Source of the DNA: an uncultured Nitrososphaerota archaeon | GTDB taxonomy: Archaea; Thermoproteota; Nitrososphaeria; Nitrososphaerales; Nitrosopumilaceae | Assembly: GCA_963824385.1 (NCBI GenBank) | Contig: CAWGPD010000004.1 | Location: forward strand, 576,001 to 640,000 | Direction of reading: 5' to 3' | DNA: 64,000 bases | Shown: positions 43,274-54,694 of the stretch, one piece after another | How the letters are laid out: the number at the start of each line of letters is the position of its first letter | How positions within the stretch are numbered: position 1 is the first letter of the stretch | Made by a program: the position numbers and the translations under genes | Notes under the pieces: model-generated | Databases searched by the model: none | What the model was told of the DNA's origin: nothing | Seen by the model: the letters and a program-made list of their open reading frames with translations, nothing else

Positions 43274-43802
43274 CAAATTTTTTCAATGCCAAATATCTGT
43301 GAGATATCTGGTTTTTGTCCACAAGCTGAGAATATGATTGATTTCTTCCTTGAGGAATAAAGATAGGATCAAAACCCCATTTCAAACCTTGTTCTTTTTG
43401 TGATATTGTTCCCTTTACATCTGCGCTAAACAGATGTACAATGGCATCTCTCTCACAATATGCAATAATTGATCTAAATGATGCATCCCTGGGTTTTGAT
43501 ACCAATCGTAAGATTCCTTTGTTACCAATTGTATTAGATACAAATGAAGAATATGGTCCAGGAAAACCATTTAATGATTTTATGAAAAGCCCATCATCTT
43601 CTACAATTACGGGTTTTGAACAAATAGAAAATGCCTCCATGGCTTTATGCCTTGCAATTTCTTTCATATCATCTGCTTGAATTTCTTGAAGAGTGGATTT
43701 TAGAAATTTTATTTTTAAGCCAAATTTTGATGTGATACTTTTTGCCTCCTCAAATTTATTCTTGTTCGAGCTGGCAAAAAATATACTAGATGACATTTGC
43801 AT
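43233..43802 (-). CDS. rdgB: Non-canonical purine NTP pyrophosphatase (RdgB/HAM1)
   Basis: SSNKNKFEE, EDDGL, GFPGPYS, GFDPIF, SHR. Confidence 0.93.
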   Translation of the reverse strand: MQMSSSIFFASSNKNKFEEAKSITSKFGLKIKFLKSTLQEIQADDMKEIARHKAMEAFSICSKPVIVEDDGLFIKSLNGFPGPYSSFVSNTIGNKGILRLVSKPRDASFRSIIAYCERDAIVHLFSADVKGTISQKEQGLKWGFDPIFIPQGRNQSYSQLVDKNQISHRYLALKKFANWYLNKRKSRGR

Positions 43803-44406
43803 ACCTGCCTCTTTTTTCTATGATCAGAACTTGATTAATGATTTTTTCCGTCATGTTTTTTCCCAATATCTTTTGATATCCTTGTATGAATAAAGTCCAA
43901 GCGTTAGCTACAATGGAAGCATGAGCACTGTTTAGAACTTCCTTGAATAAACGAAGATCAATAGCAAAATCATCAATTTTATAGGTTTTTTGTGAAAGTC
44001 CAAAGTCAAGTATTGCCAATCCCTTTTGAGATAGAATAAAATTTGAAGTGGTCAAGTCTCCATGCATAACGCCATTCTTATGGAGAATTCCCACAATTTT
44101 GCCTATTTCTTTACATGTTTTTACAATTTGTTTTACAGGAAGATCTCGAATTAATTTACCTTGTATGAACTGAAGATATATTTTGCATTTTTTCTCATCC
44201 ACAAAATAAACAAGTGGTGTAATGATTCCAAAAGATTTAGCCTCAGAGATCATTTTTGCCTCCCTTATTGTCCTGAGTGTTCGTATTCTAGTATCAAGAG
44301 AATGGACTCGATAATCTTTCTTTTTTCTGATTTTTAAAACAGAGTTTTGGCCATTCCAAGATGTAATATAGATATCAGCTTCTGCACCTTTTTTGAGCAG
44401 TTTCAA
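43786..44406 (-). CDS. bud32: KEOPS kinase Bud32
   Basis: KGAEA, HGDLTTSN, DFGL, RGRY. Confidence 0.95.
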   Translation of the reverse strand: MKLLKKGAEADIYITSWNGQNSVLKIRKKKDYRVHSLDTRIRTLRTIREAKMISEAKSFGIITPLVYFVDEKKCKIYLQFIQGKLIRDLPVKQIVKTCKEIGKIVGILHKNGVMHGDLTTSNFILSQKGLAILDFGLSQKTYKIDDFAIDLRLFKEVLNSAHASIVANAWTLFIQGYQKILGKNMTEKIINQVLIIEKRGRYANVI

Positions 44407-44531
44407 TGAAAACTATCAGAGTAGAACATAATTTAAGTCACAATCATTTCATTTCATAAAATAGTTTTTTGAAACAAAATTTATGATTTGTCAAATATAC
44501 AATTATAACATCGAATGCAAAAAGAAATAAC

Positions 44532-44855
44532 ATGGATTCTGATGAGAAACGAATAATACAAGAGGATTGTTCTGAAGACTCTTTAGGTCCAGGCATTCTT
44601 ACGTTAACAAATAAGAGAATCGCGTTTGATAAGACAGAGGGAAGAATTATTGATTTTTCAAAGAAATTTGGAAAGACAGTTCTTGAGGCTAACCTCAATC
44701 AAATAATAGAAGTTGCAAAAGAAGGCAGATTGATAACAAAAATAAAATTAAAAATAAAAACAGATGAGAGTGAAAAGACCTACAAGTTTGGGGTATACAA
44801 TACAGGAAAGTGGGAAAAAGAAGTAAAAGAGGCTATTTCTAAATATCTACCCTAG
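44532..44855 (+). CDS. Hypothetical protein, possibly PH-like fold
   Basis: GILTLTNKRIAF pattern typical of bPH/GRAM-like domains. Confidence 0.6.
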   Translation: MDSDEKRIIQEDCSEDSLGPGILTLTNKRIAFDKTEGRIIDFSKKFGKTVLEANLNQIIEVAKEGRLITKIKLKIKTDESEKTYKFGVYNTGKWEKEVKEAISKYLP

Positions 44856-45835
44856 TAAAGAACTTCAACAGTATCTAGTCTCCACGATTGTTGTACAAAG
44901 GTATCTTCTAGATTCGCCCCAACCCTCTTTGATGACTCTAATAATCCAAGCCAAGATATTTGAGAACCGCAATCTCCAGCATATTCTTTTGGTGCTACAA
45001 AAAATTTGCAGTTATGTCTTTTACAGATGCTTGAAAGTATGTCAGACAATCTCTTATTTGCAGCAACTCCTCCAACAGCCAAAAGTTCTTTCTTTCCAGT
45101 AAATGAGAGAGCCCTTTCCGTTGCTTCCCCTATCATAGAAAATGCAGTTTCTTGTAATGAAAAGCATGTGGCTTCTATTCCCTTTGGAATTATTCTTTTT
45201 GTTGCAGACAAGAGACCTGAAAATGACACATCATTTCCCTTTACAACATAAGGAAGTGTAAGATATTCTTTTGATTTGGATGCAAGTTCTTCCATTTTTG
45301 GACCACATGGTGATGCAAATCCAGCATATCTTCCAATTTGATCTAGCAGTTGACCCAGAGTAATATCCAGAGTTTCACCAAAAACTCTCCATTTCTTTGA
45401 AAGAAATGCCAAGATCATTGTATGTCCTCCCGAAACAAGCAGCACCAAAGGATCTTTTGCACCAGTCAGCATTTTTCCAAGTTCGATATGACCTAGTGCA
45501 TGATTTACAGGATATATCGGAATATCATAATACGAAGAAAGTGATCTGGCTACTACTGCACCAATTCTCAAACAAGGTCCAAGACCTGGACCTGCTGCAT
45601 ATGATACAATATCAAGATCATTTATTTTCACATGTGCTTTTTTGAGACACTCCGAAAGAACTTCTGGAGAATTTTCAGCATGGTGACGTGATGCCTCACG
45701 TGGGTGAATGCCTTCCCCTTCTGGAGGTCTGTAGATTTTCCGTACATCAGATAGAATTTTCCCTTTTTTTCCCTTTTTTTCTATTACCGCACATGAAAAT
45801 GTATGAGCAGTACTTTCTATTCCAAGACTGAGCAT
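44852..45835 (-). CDS. kae1: KEOPS t6A synthase Kae1
   Basis: LGIESTAHT, GPGLGPCL, VNHALGHIE, VSGGHT, GGVAAN. Confidence 0.96.
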   Translation of the reverse strand: MLSLGIESTAHTFSCAVIEKKGKKGKILSDVRKIYRPPEGEGIHPREASRHHAENSPEVLSECLKKAHVKINDLDIVSYAAGPGLGPCLRIGAVVARSLSSYYDIPIYPVNHALGHIELGKMLTGAKDPLVLLVSGGHTMILAFLSKKWRVFGETLDITLGQLLDQIGRYAGFASPCGPKMEELASKSKEYLTLPYVVKGNDVSFSGLLSATKRIIPKGIEATCFSLQETAFSMIGEATERALSFTGKKELLAVGGVAANKRLSDILSSICKRHNCKFFVAPKEYAGDCGSQISWLGLLESSKRVGANLEDTFVQQSWRLDTVEVLY

Positions 45836-45836
45836 T

Positions 45837-47031
45837 TTATCCTCTACTTAGAGTTGATACGATTTTCAAAACATCTCCATTCTTGAGTTGATGTTCCGCT
45901 CCTACCCTTTGTTTTGTTTTTGCATCAATAGCAAAAAGAAAACCATTTGCAAGATCCTGGTGGATTGACTTTGCCAGGTCTCGTGCAGTAGATCCGGGTC
46001 GTAAGAGTTTTGCATCAGGTAGAACTTCGCCATTTTTATTAGATAGTTTTGTTTCATCTTCAACTGGAAATACCGTAATTAATTTTAAAAGATCAAAACA
46101 TGCAGAATCGAGGATCTGTTGAACTCCAGTTCCACCCAATTTAGATACAACTTTTTCTGCAAGATCAAGCGCATTTTTCTGTTGAGGGTTTAGATTAACT
46201 CCATCTTTAATCTTGAAAGACTTTTCGCCTGGTAGATATTGGATTATTCCACCTTTTGCCGCTTTTCTCAAAAGAAGTTCAGTTTCTGCACTACATGCAA
46301 TAGTTGGATGTATTTTTTTAAATTCATCCAACATACTAAGATCGTGACAAAGATCGAGCTTTATTTGCAGAAATTATTATTGGTTTTGTTCGTTTTCTCA
46401 ATGTTTTAATAAATGAAACAAGTTCATCTTCACTCCACTCATGAGGTTTCTTGGAGTGTAAATTCAAGTTGTGTATTACAGTCTCTACGTCATATTCATC
46501 GATTCCAAGTCCACTAAATCTTTGTGCAATTGCTTGAATCACCTTACCACTTTTGCTTTCTAATTCCCTAGTAAGTTTATGCCATTCTCTTTGAAGTATT
46601 TGTTTCATCCACTGATCAAATTCTTCCTCAACAAATTCAACGTCTTCAAACGGATTATGAGTTCCTACAGGGACGGGTTGACCTTGTATGTCAGTAGAAC
46701 CTGATGCATCTACTACGTGGATTAACACTTCAGATGTTCTTGCATCATCCAAGAATTTATTGCCAAGACCTTTTCCTTCATGAGCTCCAGGAACTAGACC
46801 TGCAACATCTACTAGCTTGATTGCAATAAATCTAGTTCCATCGATACATAATGGATGATTGTGATTTATTGCAAAATGTTTGCATGCACAATTAGTTTTC
46901 ACATAGGCAATTCCTACATTTGGCTCAATAGTTGTAAATGGATAATTCCCAACTTGGGCAGTTGTTTGAGTAGCGGCTGAAAAGAAGGTGGATTTTCCGA
47001 CATTGGTTTTCCCTAGGAGGCCAATTTGCAT
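45837..47031 (-). CDS. ychF: YchF/Obg-family ATPase/GTPase with TGS domain (frameshift ~46355)
   Basis: GKTNVGKST, YPFTTIEPN, DVAGLVPGAHEGKGLGN, ANK; second piece LPDA...IHQDL. Confidence 0.92.
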
Positions 47032-47103
47032 GAGAATTAATCAAAGATATGCTCTTATTAGTATTCCAAAAGTGTTTAATTTCATTCCATTACATGATAT
47101 TTA

Positions 47104-47653
47104 TTGAAAATACTAACCGGCAATCCCGGAACGGGTAAACATACCATATCAAAATTGATTTCAAGAAAGCTAAACTTTGAGATTATTGATATCAATAAGA
47201 TTGCAATAAGCGAAGGATTATTCAAAGAGAATAATGAGGCTTTTGATGTAGATGTCGATAAGCTAAAAAAAATAATAGATAAAATGAATTCAAAGAATTC
47301 TATACTTGTAGGACATCTTGCTCCGTATGTCATATCACCAAAGAATGTAGAGATAGACTGTAGTTTTAAGAAAAAGCCCATACAAACTACAATCAATATA
47401 CAAGAAAAGAAAATACACTAATAAAAAATCACTTGAGAACATAGGCAGCGAAATATTAGGCATTATCTATCATGATGCAGTACAAGAGTTTGGTAGAAAG
47501 AATACTTTCCAAATTGATACGAGTGGTAAATCAATTTCTGCGACGGTAAAGAAGGTAGAATCAATTTTCAATGGAAGTAAAGTAGAAGACAATGTAGATT
47601 GGCTACAACTAGTTCTCAAGAAAGGAGATATGCGGAAATTCTTTCCATATTAG
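47104..47653 (+). CDS. AK6/Fap7-type adenylate kinase (frameshift ~47356)
   Basis: TGNPGTGKHT, VGH; shifted frame continues ENIGSEILG...VDWLQ...KFFPY*. Confidence 0.8.
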
Positions 47654-47687
47654 GTTCAAATTACGTCATATCAGATCAAAATTTAAA

Positions 47688-49202
47688 ATGTTTGAGATAA
47701 AAAAATCAGATCTTGCAGGAAGAATAGGAATACTTCATACAAATCATGGTAAAGTTGAGACTCCAGCATATGTTCCTGTAATTCATCCAGTCAAGCAAAA
47801 AATTCCCGCTAAAAAATTAAGAGAGATGGGATTTGATCTAGTCATAACAAACGCATACATCACATTAAAGAGATATGGTGATGAGGCAATAAAACAAGGC
47901 ATTCACAAGATAATTGATTATGACGGTGCAATCATGACAGATTCTGGTGGATATCAGGTTTTAGAATACGGGGACATTGATGTAGATTATAAAAAAATTG
48001 CAGCTTTTGAAAAAGGAATAGGAACTGATATTGCAATTCCTTTGGATAGACCAACAGGACTTGGACTTTCAAAAAAGAAGGCAATAGAATATGTACAACA
48101 TACACTTAGAGTATCAAAAGAGACTCTTGATACTAGAGATGATAATGGTCAGATATGGGTCGGACCAATACAAGGAAGCGAGCACTCAGATCTAGTCAAG
48201 AAATCAACAAGAGCACTAATTGATTCAGGTTTTCAGATGTTGGCCTTGGGAAGTCCTGTTGAATTTATGGAATCTTATGAATACAAATTACTTGCCAAAA
48301 TGATAATAACTGCAAAAAAAGAGATTCCAGATTCCATCCCACTTCATCTATTTGGAGCAGGACATCCACTTACCATACCTCTTGCAGTGGCACTTGGTTG
48401 TGATACCTTTGATTCTGCATCTTACATGCTATATGCAAAACATGATAGATACATCATGGAAGATGGTACTGCCCATCTCTCTGAAGTTGCATATTTTTCA
48501 TGTAATTGTGAAGTATGTACCAGATTAAAGCCAAAAGAGATGCTATCTCTAGATAAAGAAGATAGAACCAACAAGATTGCGCTCCACAATCTATATGCCA
48601 TAAAGGCTGAAGTAGATAGAGTAAAAGAGGCAATTCATGAGGGACGATTGTGGGAATATACAATAAGAAAGGCAAGAGCTCATCCCAAGTTATTTGAAGC
48701 AATATCCATTTTTACCAACAATACTTCATTCTTTTTAGAAACTACACCACGATACAAAGAGAATGCAGTGTTTCTGTTTTCCAAAGAAGATCAGTATAGG
48801 CCTGAGATTTTTAGATTCCATTCACTAGTTCGCAAATTCAAAACAAAGAAGAAGACACTAGTAATCATACCAGATGGGAGCATAAGACCATTTTATACTT
48901 CAACAGAATATAACAACCTAAAAAAGAAATTTGATTCCAAATTAGACGACGTACAATTTTGTCAATATAATCAATATCTTGGAATAATTCCTTTGGAACT
49001 ATCAGATATCTACCCTGCTGCTCATTATGTCATATCAAAGACAGACTTTAATCAAAATGAATTTCCTGAATTCACTAAAACTTGGAATATGTTTCTTAAA
49101 AACAACAAATTCAAGAAAATCTATGCTACAAATGACGAGTTCTTAAAATATCAGTCCAAAGGTCTAAAACCAAAAATCAAATTTCTCAATATCAAAAAAT
49201 AA
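47688..49202 (+). CDS. tgtA: Archaeosine tRNA-guanine(15) transglycosylase
   Basis: ETPAYVPV, MTDSGGYQ, HLFGAGHP, DTFDSASY, CNCEVC, HNL. Confidence 0.95.
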   Translation: MFEIKKSDLAGRIGILHTNHGKVETPAYVPVIHPVKQKIPAKKLREMGFDLVITNAYITLKRYGDEAIKQGIHKIIDYDGAIMTDSGGYQVLEYGDIDVDYKKIAAFEKGIGTDIAIPLDRPTGLGLSKKKAIEYVQHTLRVSKETLDTRDDNGQIWVGPIQGSEHSDLVKKSTRALIDSGFQMLALGSPVEFMESYEYKLLAKMIITAKKEIPDSIPLHLFGAGHPLTIPLAVALGCDTFDSASYMLYAKHDRYIMEDGTAHLSEVAYFSCNCEVCTRLKPKEMLSLDKEDRTNKIALHNLYAIKAEVDRVKEAIHEGRLWEYTIRKARAHPKLFEAISIFTNNTSFFLETTPRYKENAVFLFSKEDQYRPEIFRFHSLVRKFKTKKKTLVIIPDGSIRPFYTSTEYNNLKKKFDSKLDDVQFCQYNQYLGIIPLELSDIYPAAHYVISKTDFNQNEFPEFTKTWNMFLKNNKFKKIYATNDEFLKYQSKGLKPKIKFLNIKK

Positions 49203-49224
49203 TAAAAAAGAAGAATGAATCCGC

Positions 49225-49527
49225 TTATAGTGCGGCGTCTTCTGCCCAGCCTTTTACGAATATACCGTTCTTGTGTAGAGGTACTGGTTGTCCTGGAGTG
49301 TAAGTCATTGGTCTCATCCAGAAGATTGCTTTTGTTGGGCAAACTCCAATGCATGCTCCGTCTGAGATGCATCTTTCTGGATAAAATACAAATGCTTTAC
49401 CTCTCTTCCAACCATCTACTGGTTTTACACGAAGAACGTCTGGACCAAGAGAAGTACAGATCTCTACGCATAGCGCACAGCCTATACATCTCTGCTCATC
49501 AACGTCTGGAAGAATTGCGATTGGCAT
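49225..49527 (-). CDS. Dicluster ferredoxin
   Basis: CIGCALCVEIC and CISDGACIGVCP. Confidence 0.93.
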   Translation of the reverse strand: MPIAILPDVDEQRCIGCALCVEICTSLGPDVLRVKPVDGWKRGKAFVFYPERCISDGACIGVCPTKAIFWMRPMTYTPGQPVPLHKNGIFVKGWAEDAAL

Positions 49528-49648
49528 TCTGTTTTTGATCTTTCATCGTTTGCTATTTAAATGATCTGCAAAATCCATAACGGAGTTATAGAATTTTTTC
49601 AAGTTTTCAAAATAAAAGAAAAACAAAAAGAAAGTATAAATGATATTT

Positions 49649-49870
49649 TTACTTCTTTATTTGGCGCATTGCTTCAATCTGGCCTGATGTTACCCAGTCA
49701 AGCAATTCCGCTGATGATGGATTTAGATCTCCTTTCTGATTCATCATATTGTGAACCCAAATCCAGTTTATTTGATTCAATAATGGTTTATTTCCTTCAT
49801 CGCCTCTTCGAACTTTGTCTCTGAGGTCTTTTGGGATTGTACTCCACCATTGTTCAAAAGTTCTACCCAT
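49649..49870 (-). CDS. Small hypothetical protein
   Basis: Protein-like 73-aa Trp-rich ORF, co-oriented with the ferredoxin. Confidence 0.7.
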   Translation of the reverse strand: MGRTFEQWWSTIPKDLRDKVRRGDEGNKPLLNQINWIWVHNMMNQKGDLNPSSAELLDWVTSGQIEAMRQIKK

Positions 49871-49987
49871 AATCGGATCATTTTTTTTGATCTAATTAAG
49901 TCTTTTGTAAATTATACAAGAAATATAATAAATCAGGTCGGATCTGAGTGCTAAAGATTTAAAAGTCCTTTGAAAAAGTTTTGATTC

Positions 49988-51244
49988 TTGCAAGTAAGAG
50001 TTCTAGGTGCGGCCAAAGAAGTTGGCAGATCAGCGTTTCAAGTAAATTGTGATGGGGCTAGTTTTCTATTAGATTATGGCGTAGAGTTAAAAAAAGAGTC
50101 GCTATATCCAATAGCGGTAAATCCACATGAGATAAACGCGGCTATTATAACTCACGCCCATCTTGACCACTCAGGCAATATGCCTGCACTATTTGTAAAT
50201 GGTAGCACTGATGTTTATGCTACCCCTCCTACGTTTGACCTTTCAAGATTGTTAATTGAAGATATGCTTAGAATTCAAAAAAGTCAGCTGCCATATGATT
50301 TTGCTAGTGTTTCAAAGATGATGATGCACTCAAAGGAGATAAAATATAGAGAAAAAATTGAACGTGGAAATGCTTCTTTTCAGCTTCTCGAGTCAGGTCA
50401 TGTTTTAGGAGGGGCATCAGTTATAGTTGAATCTGAAAATAAAAGATTGTTTTACACAGCAGACATCAACCCAAAAGGTTCAAGAATGCTACGAGATGCT
50501 GATCTTGATTTTGGTGAAGTAGATTTAGTGATTACTGAGAGTACATACTCTCAGACAAACCAGATGCCACGAAACGAGTCAGAAGAAAAGTTCATGGAAT
50601 TTGCATACGAAGTATTAGATAGAAAAGGCTCTCTCTTTGTACCTGCTTTTTCAGTAGAAAGATCTCAAGAAATTGCATGCGTCTTAAAGAATGCAGGATT
50701 CAAACATAAAGTAGTGATGGATGGAATGGCTGTAAAAGTAAATGAAATAATGTTGAATTATCCAGAGTATCTACGCGATCCAAAAGTTTTTGCTGATTCT
50801 GTTCACCAAGCAGTTTGGATAAAAGGAGAAAAAGAAAGAAAGAGTGCGCTAGATGAACCAGCTGTCATAATTTCACCCGCAGGTATGTTAGTAGGTGGTT
50901 CTGCAGTATTTTATTTACAGAATTTAGCATTAGATAAGAGAAATGGTATTGCACTAGTTTCATATCAAGGAGAAGGAACACCTGGAAGAAAACTTTTGGA
51001 TACAGGACGAGTGGGTGTAAGAGGAAAGGAGTTCAAGTGTGAAGCAGAAGTAAGACAGTTTGAATTTTCAGGACATGCCGATAGAGATTCACTTTTTGAT
51101 ATGATGAAGAAAATTAAGGGCAATCCCAAAGTTCTTACTGTTCATGGAGACATGGACTCTTGTACAAAGTTTGCAGATGAGATACATGAAAAGTTAGGAT
51201 TAGATGCCCGTGCACCAGATGCAGGCGAAACAATAACCGTATAA
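49988..51244 (+). CDS. Beta-CASP metallo-beta-lactamase ribonuclease (no KH domains)
   Basis: GAAKEVGRS, THAHLDHSG, GHVLG, ESTY, FSGHAD, VHG. Confidence 0.92.
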   Translation: MQVRVLGAAKEVGRSAFQVNCDGASFLLDYGVELKKESLYPIAVNPHEINAAIITHAHLDHSGNMPALFVNGSTDVYATPPTFDLSRLLIEDMLRIQKSQLPYDFASVSKMMMHSKEIKYREKIERGNASFQLLESGHVLGGASVIVESENKRLFYTADINPKGSRMLRDADLDFGEVDLVITESTYSQTNQMPRNESEEKFMEFAYEVLDRKGSLFVPAFSVERSQEIACVLKNAGFKHKVVMDGMAVKVNEIMLNYPEYLRDPKVFADSVHQAVWIKGEKERKSALDEPAVIISPAGMLVGGSAVFYLQNLALDKRNGIALVSYQGEGTPGRKLLDTGRVGVRGKEFKCEAEVRQFEFSGHADRDSLFDMMKKIKGNPKVLTVHGDMDSCTKFADEIHEKLGLDARAPDAGETITV

Positions 51245-51245
51245 C

Positions 51246-52094
51246 ATGCCGAAGATATCGGCAATAGACATAGAAACCACAATTAACAGCGGACAGGTTT
51301 TTCTCTGGAATAAATTCAAAGACAGTGGATAGGAATAGATGGTCAGGATATTCTCATTCTGAATCAGTCACCTTTCAGTGCTAGATCGTCATCGAACAAC
51401 ATAGATAATTTTCTTAGAACAAGCGACAATTTACAAAAAATATTGTCAAACATTAGCAAAGACAAGATGGTAGAGAAATGCTGTAAAGCAATCCCCAGGT
51501 TTGAGATTGATAAGGCAGGATCCGTTTCAATGCTATATATCATTTATCTGCTCATCAAACTCATCCATACAAAACATCAAATCAATGTTAGAAAACTTAT
51601 GCAAGAAATTTGGCGCCAAGCAAGAATTTGACGGACATGAACTACGTACATTTCCAAAAGCAGAGATTCTTGCTAATGCAACTATGAAAGATCTTGTAGA
51701 TTGCAAACTAGGATTTAGAGCAAAATATGTCAAGGAGGCAGCCCAGGCAGTTAATTCAAACAAGATCGATTTTGCATGGCTAAAAAAAACAGATTATCAT
51801 ACTGCTGTAGAATCTCTGAAAAAAATTCGGGGAATAGGTAACAAGGTGGCAGATTGTATTGCGTTATTTTCTCTTGATAAAATGGAATCTTTTCCAATTG
51901 ATAGATGGACACAGAGAATTTTGTTAAAATATTATAAGAAATTTTTTGACAACGTAACAGAAAAACCTATGACTGAAAAAAAATATGAAAAACTTCATGA
52001 AGAGATTGTAGAATATTTTGGTCCATATGCAGGTTATGCACAACAATTTCTTTTCAAGATGGAAAGAGATCTTAATGAAAAAAAATGGTTGTAA
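51246..52094 (+). CDS. HhH-GPD DNA glycosylase, Ogg1-like (frameshift ~51325)
   Basis: TINSGQVFLW, LRLIRQDPFQC, SSNSSI, LGFRAKY, GIGNKVADC, FPID, AGYAQQFLF. Confidence 0.88.
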
Positions 52095-52129
52095 AAACCC
52101 TTAATATGGCTACTAATTGCCCGATATTT

Positions 52130-52204
52130 GGGCCTGTAGCTCAGCTTGGATAGAGTGCTGGACTTCTAATCCAGTGGTCAAGGGATCGAAGCCCTTCGGG
52201 CCCG
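52130..52204 (+). tRNA. tRNA-Arg(TCT)
   Basis: GGGCCTG...CTGGA-CTTCTAA-TCCAG...AAGGG-ATCGAAG-CCCTT-CGGGCCC-G. Confidence 0.94.
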
Positions 52205-52280
52205 TTTTCTAGATAATTTAACAAGTATCCGACGTCAGATTTCTAACAATTTAATATCTTCATTTGGAGATCAATATCAT

Positions 52281-52632
52281 ATGAAAGACATTGAACTAAA
52301 ATTAGAAAATCTTACTTTCAAGCCTCGTGAAATAATCAGAGGAAAAATCCAAGTAAATTATTCTGGAAGGTATGATGGAGTTGTAGTAAATGCTCAGATT
52401 CTAGGGTCCAATCAGACTCATAGTTTACAGATCGTATAATAACAAGTCCATATCACAGAATCTCTCAAGATTATTTATTAACAAAAATGATATGCCGCAA
52501 AATTTAGTTGAATTTACTGCATCAATTGAATTTGAACCTAAAGAGATTCATGAAATAAAATTCAGAGCATCAATAATTCAGGAACACAAAGAGATTGAAA
52601 GTGATGTTGTTTTTGGAAAATTAATGCCCTGA
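52281..52632 (+). CDS. Hypothetical protein (frameshift ~52418)
   Basis: MKDIELKLENLTFKPREIIRGKIQVNYSGRYDGVVVN..., continuing ...IKFRASIIQEHKEIESDVVFGKLMP* in another frame. Confidence 0.6.
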
Positions 52633-52660
52633 TTTTCCTATAATTATTTTTGATTTGTTC

Positions 52661-53133
52661 CTAGGACGTTAAAGCCCCAGGTACAATGGTTATAGTTCCC
52701 TTCATCCATGGATGAGGTTCACAATGATATGGTATAACAGCTACCTGCGTAAAGACAAATTGGTATGTAGCACCAGGTTTGATCACTCCAGGAGATCCAA
52801 AGTCTCCATTGTAACCATCCTTGAATGGAGTATCAGGGGTAACAGTATGGGCAGGCTTCACTAGTATTCTTCCAGATTACAAGATTGTTTACTCCAAGTT
52901 GTGCTGTTTGGGTCTTTGGCGTAAAGTTTTGAGTTTGTGATGGATTTTCTGAACCAGGTACGATAATTATTGTAACCGAATCACTTGGATTAAGAACTTT
53001 GGCTGGAATTATAGGCTTGGCATTATACTCTGGGATATAGTAAAGTCTGATAATAAGAAACTCCTAGTGAAGCTCCAACAATAACTGCGATCAATCCTAT
53101 TCCATACGCATGACTGGAGGTTGGAAGACTCAA
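52661..53133 (-). CDS. Membrane-anchored blue (type 1) copper protein of the complex III cluster (frameshifted)
   Basis: TTG 53133 MSLPTSSHAYGIGLIAVIVGASLGVSYY (TM helix); AHTV and YHCEPHPWM give His/Cys/His/Met ligands. Confidence 0.85.
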
Positions 53134-53253
53134 CTATTTTCTAATCTTGTTTTTAGTCTTATAAAGTGTATACAAAAATAATTAAATGATTATCAATTAG
53201 GATTTATTTTCTAAGCATTGAGAGAGGTTATTAAATAAGAACAATATTCGAGT

Positions 53254-54694
53254 CTATTGAGATAAACTTCCAGAGGGTTCTTTACCGTCAAGTGCTTTTG
53301 GAGATTCTGTTGCTGCCGGGGATGGAACTGGGATCTTCTTTGCTTCATTTAGTCCATGTCGATAAAGATGGAATAATCCAGCAAATACCATAAGAATCAA
53401 TCCTGTTAGAAATAGAGCAAAGTTTTTCATCCCAGCCAGTGCTGCGTTGTATGCTGCAATGTTAAGATATACTTGGAATGCAAGTAGTGCTACAATCAAC
53501 CAGTTAATCCATTTACCTGAGAGATTAATTGGGGATGATTTATGCGGAGCTTTTGAAGCTGCCAATTTTGCCTTTCTTTCTGATTCTTTTGCTAATAATA
53601 TCATCATGTAAGAGAATCCAAATCCAATAGGAACTAACAATAACATTGTAACATAGAAGAAGATTGGATCGATTACAAGTCTAGCAACAAGCGGTTTTGT
53701 AATATCAGGTGTAATGTAAAAGCCCCAATATGTTGTCACCATGACTTGGGTAATGCCAGTAATGCCAAACGCAGTTACTATAGGTCTATCTTTCCATGAG
53801 AACTTTTTGTATCTGTCTATAAATGGAGTCATAGCTATCGCTACAATGAATACACCAGGCCACAATACACCTGTTGTAAATTTATCATACTGGGTCCTCA
53901 AGAATGCATAGATACCCGTAAGATACCATTCAGGAACCGTAATTCCTGGCGGCACTGTAGGTTCAAACTTGGAACCAAGATCAACTGGGAAAACTCCACC
54001 TGTTATAAATACAGCACCAGAAATTGCCATTACCATTGGGACATCAAAGACCATGAATCTTGGCAGGTGAACAGCCATCAATCCTAGCATTACCACTGGC
54101 AAGAGAAATACATGCATCGTATAGAATCTAAGAATAAAATCAGCAAAGCCTGAACCAAACATTGCGTCACGAATTGTAGGTCCAACTACTGGCATTGAAT
54201 TAGTAAGAGAGGCAGACTATACTGATTGCAAGTTCAGCACGTTCACTAAATATAATATCATATCCAGTAAATGCTTCCAAAATAGTTACAGTACCAAGTA
54301 TTACACCGGTAACCCAGATAAGTTCATTTCTTATTTTGTATCTCCCACTAAAGTATTGGTAATACATGTGAAGTACTGCAAGTAGAACCATTGCATTTGA
54401 AGCATGATAGTGAATATTTCGTATCATAAATCCATAAGGAACTGTGTTATTGATTTTCTGAACACTGTCCCACGCTCTATCTAATATTGGTTCATAATAG
54501 AACATCAATAGTGCGCCAGTAACTCCGAGAATTACAAACATTACAAATGTGAGCATTCCCAGGAATCCAAATGGACTTACAAATCTTGATGGAAAAGAGA
54601 ATTTAGTTCCAAGAAATACGGTTCTTTCCATTCCATCCCATATCCAGTAGAAAAAATCTACTAGACCGTTTCTACGTTTTAAGGAAACGACCAT
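53254..54694 (-). CDS. petB: Cytochrome b of complex III (frameshift ~54205)
   Basis: RNIHYHASN, VLHM, FTGY, RFYTMHVF, PEWY. Confidence 0.94.

Noticed and set aside
49151..49824. ORFs 49151-49372, 49215-49538 and 49561-49824
   Set aside because: They overlap the better-supported ferredoxin and 73-aa genes in other frames or on the opposite strand
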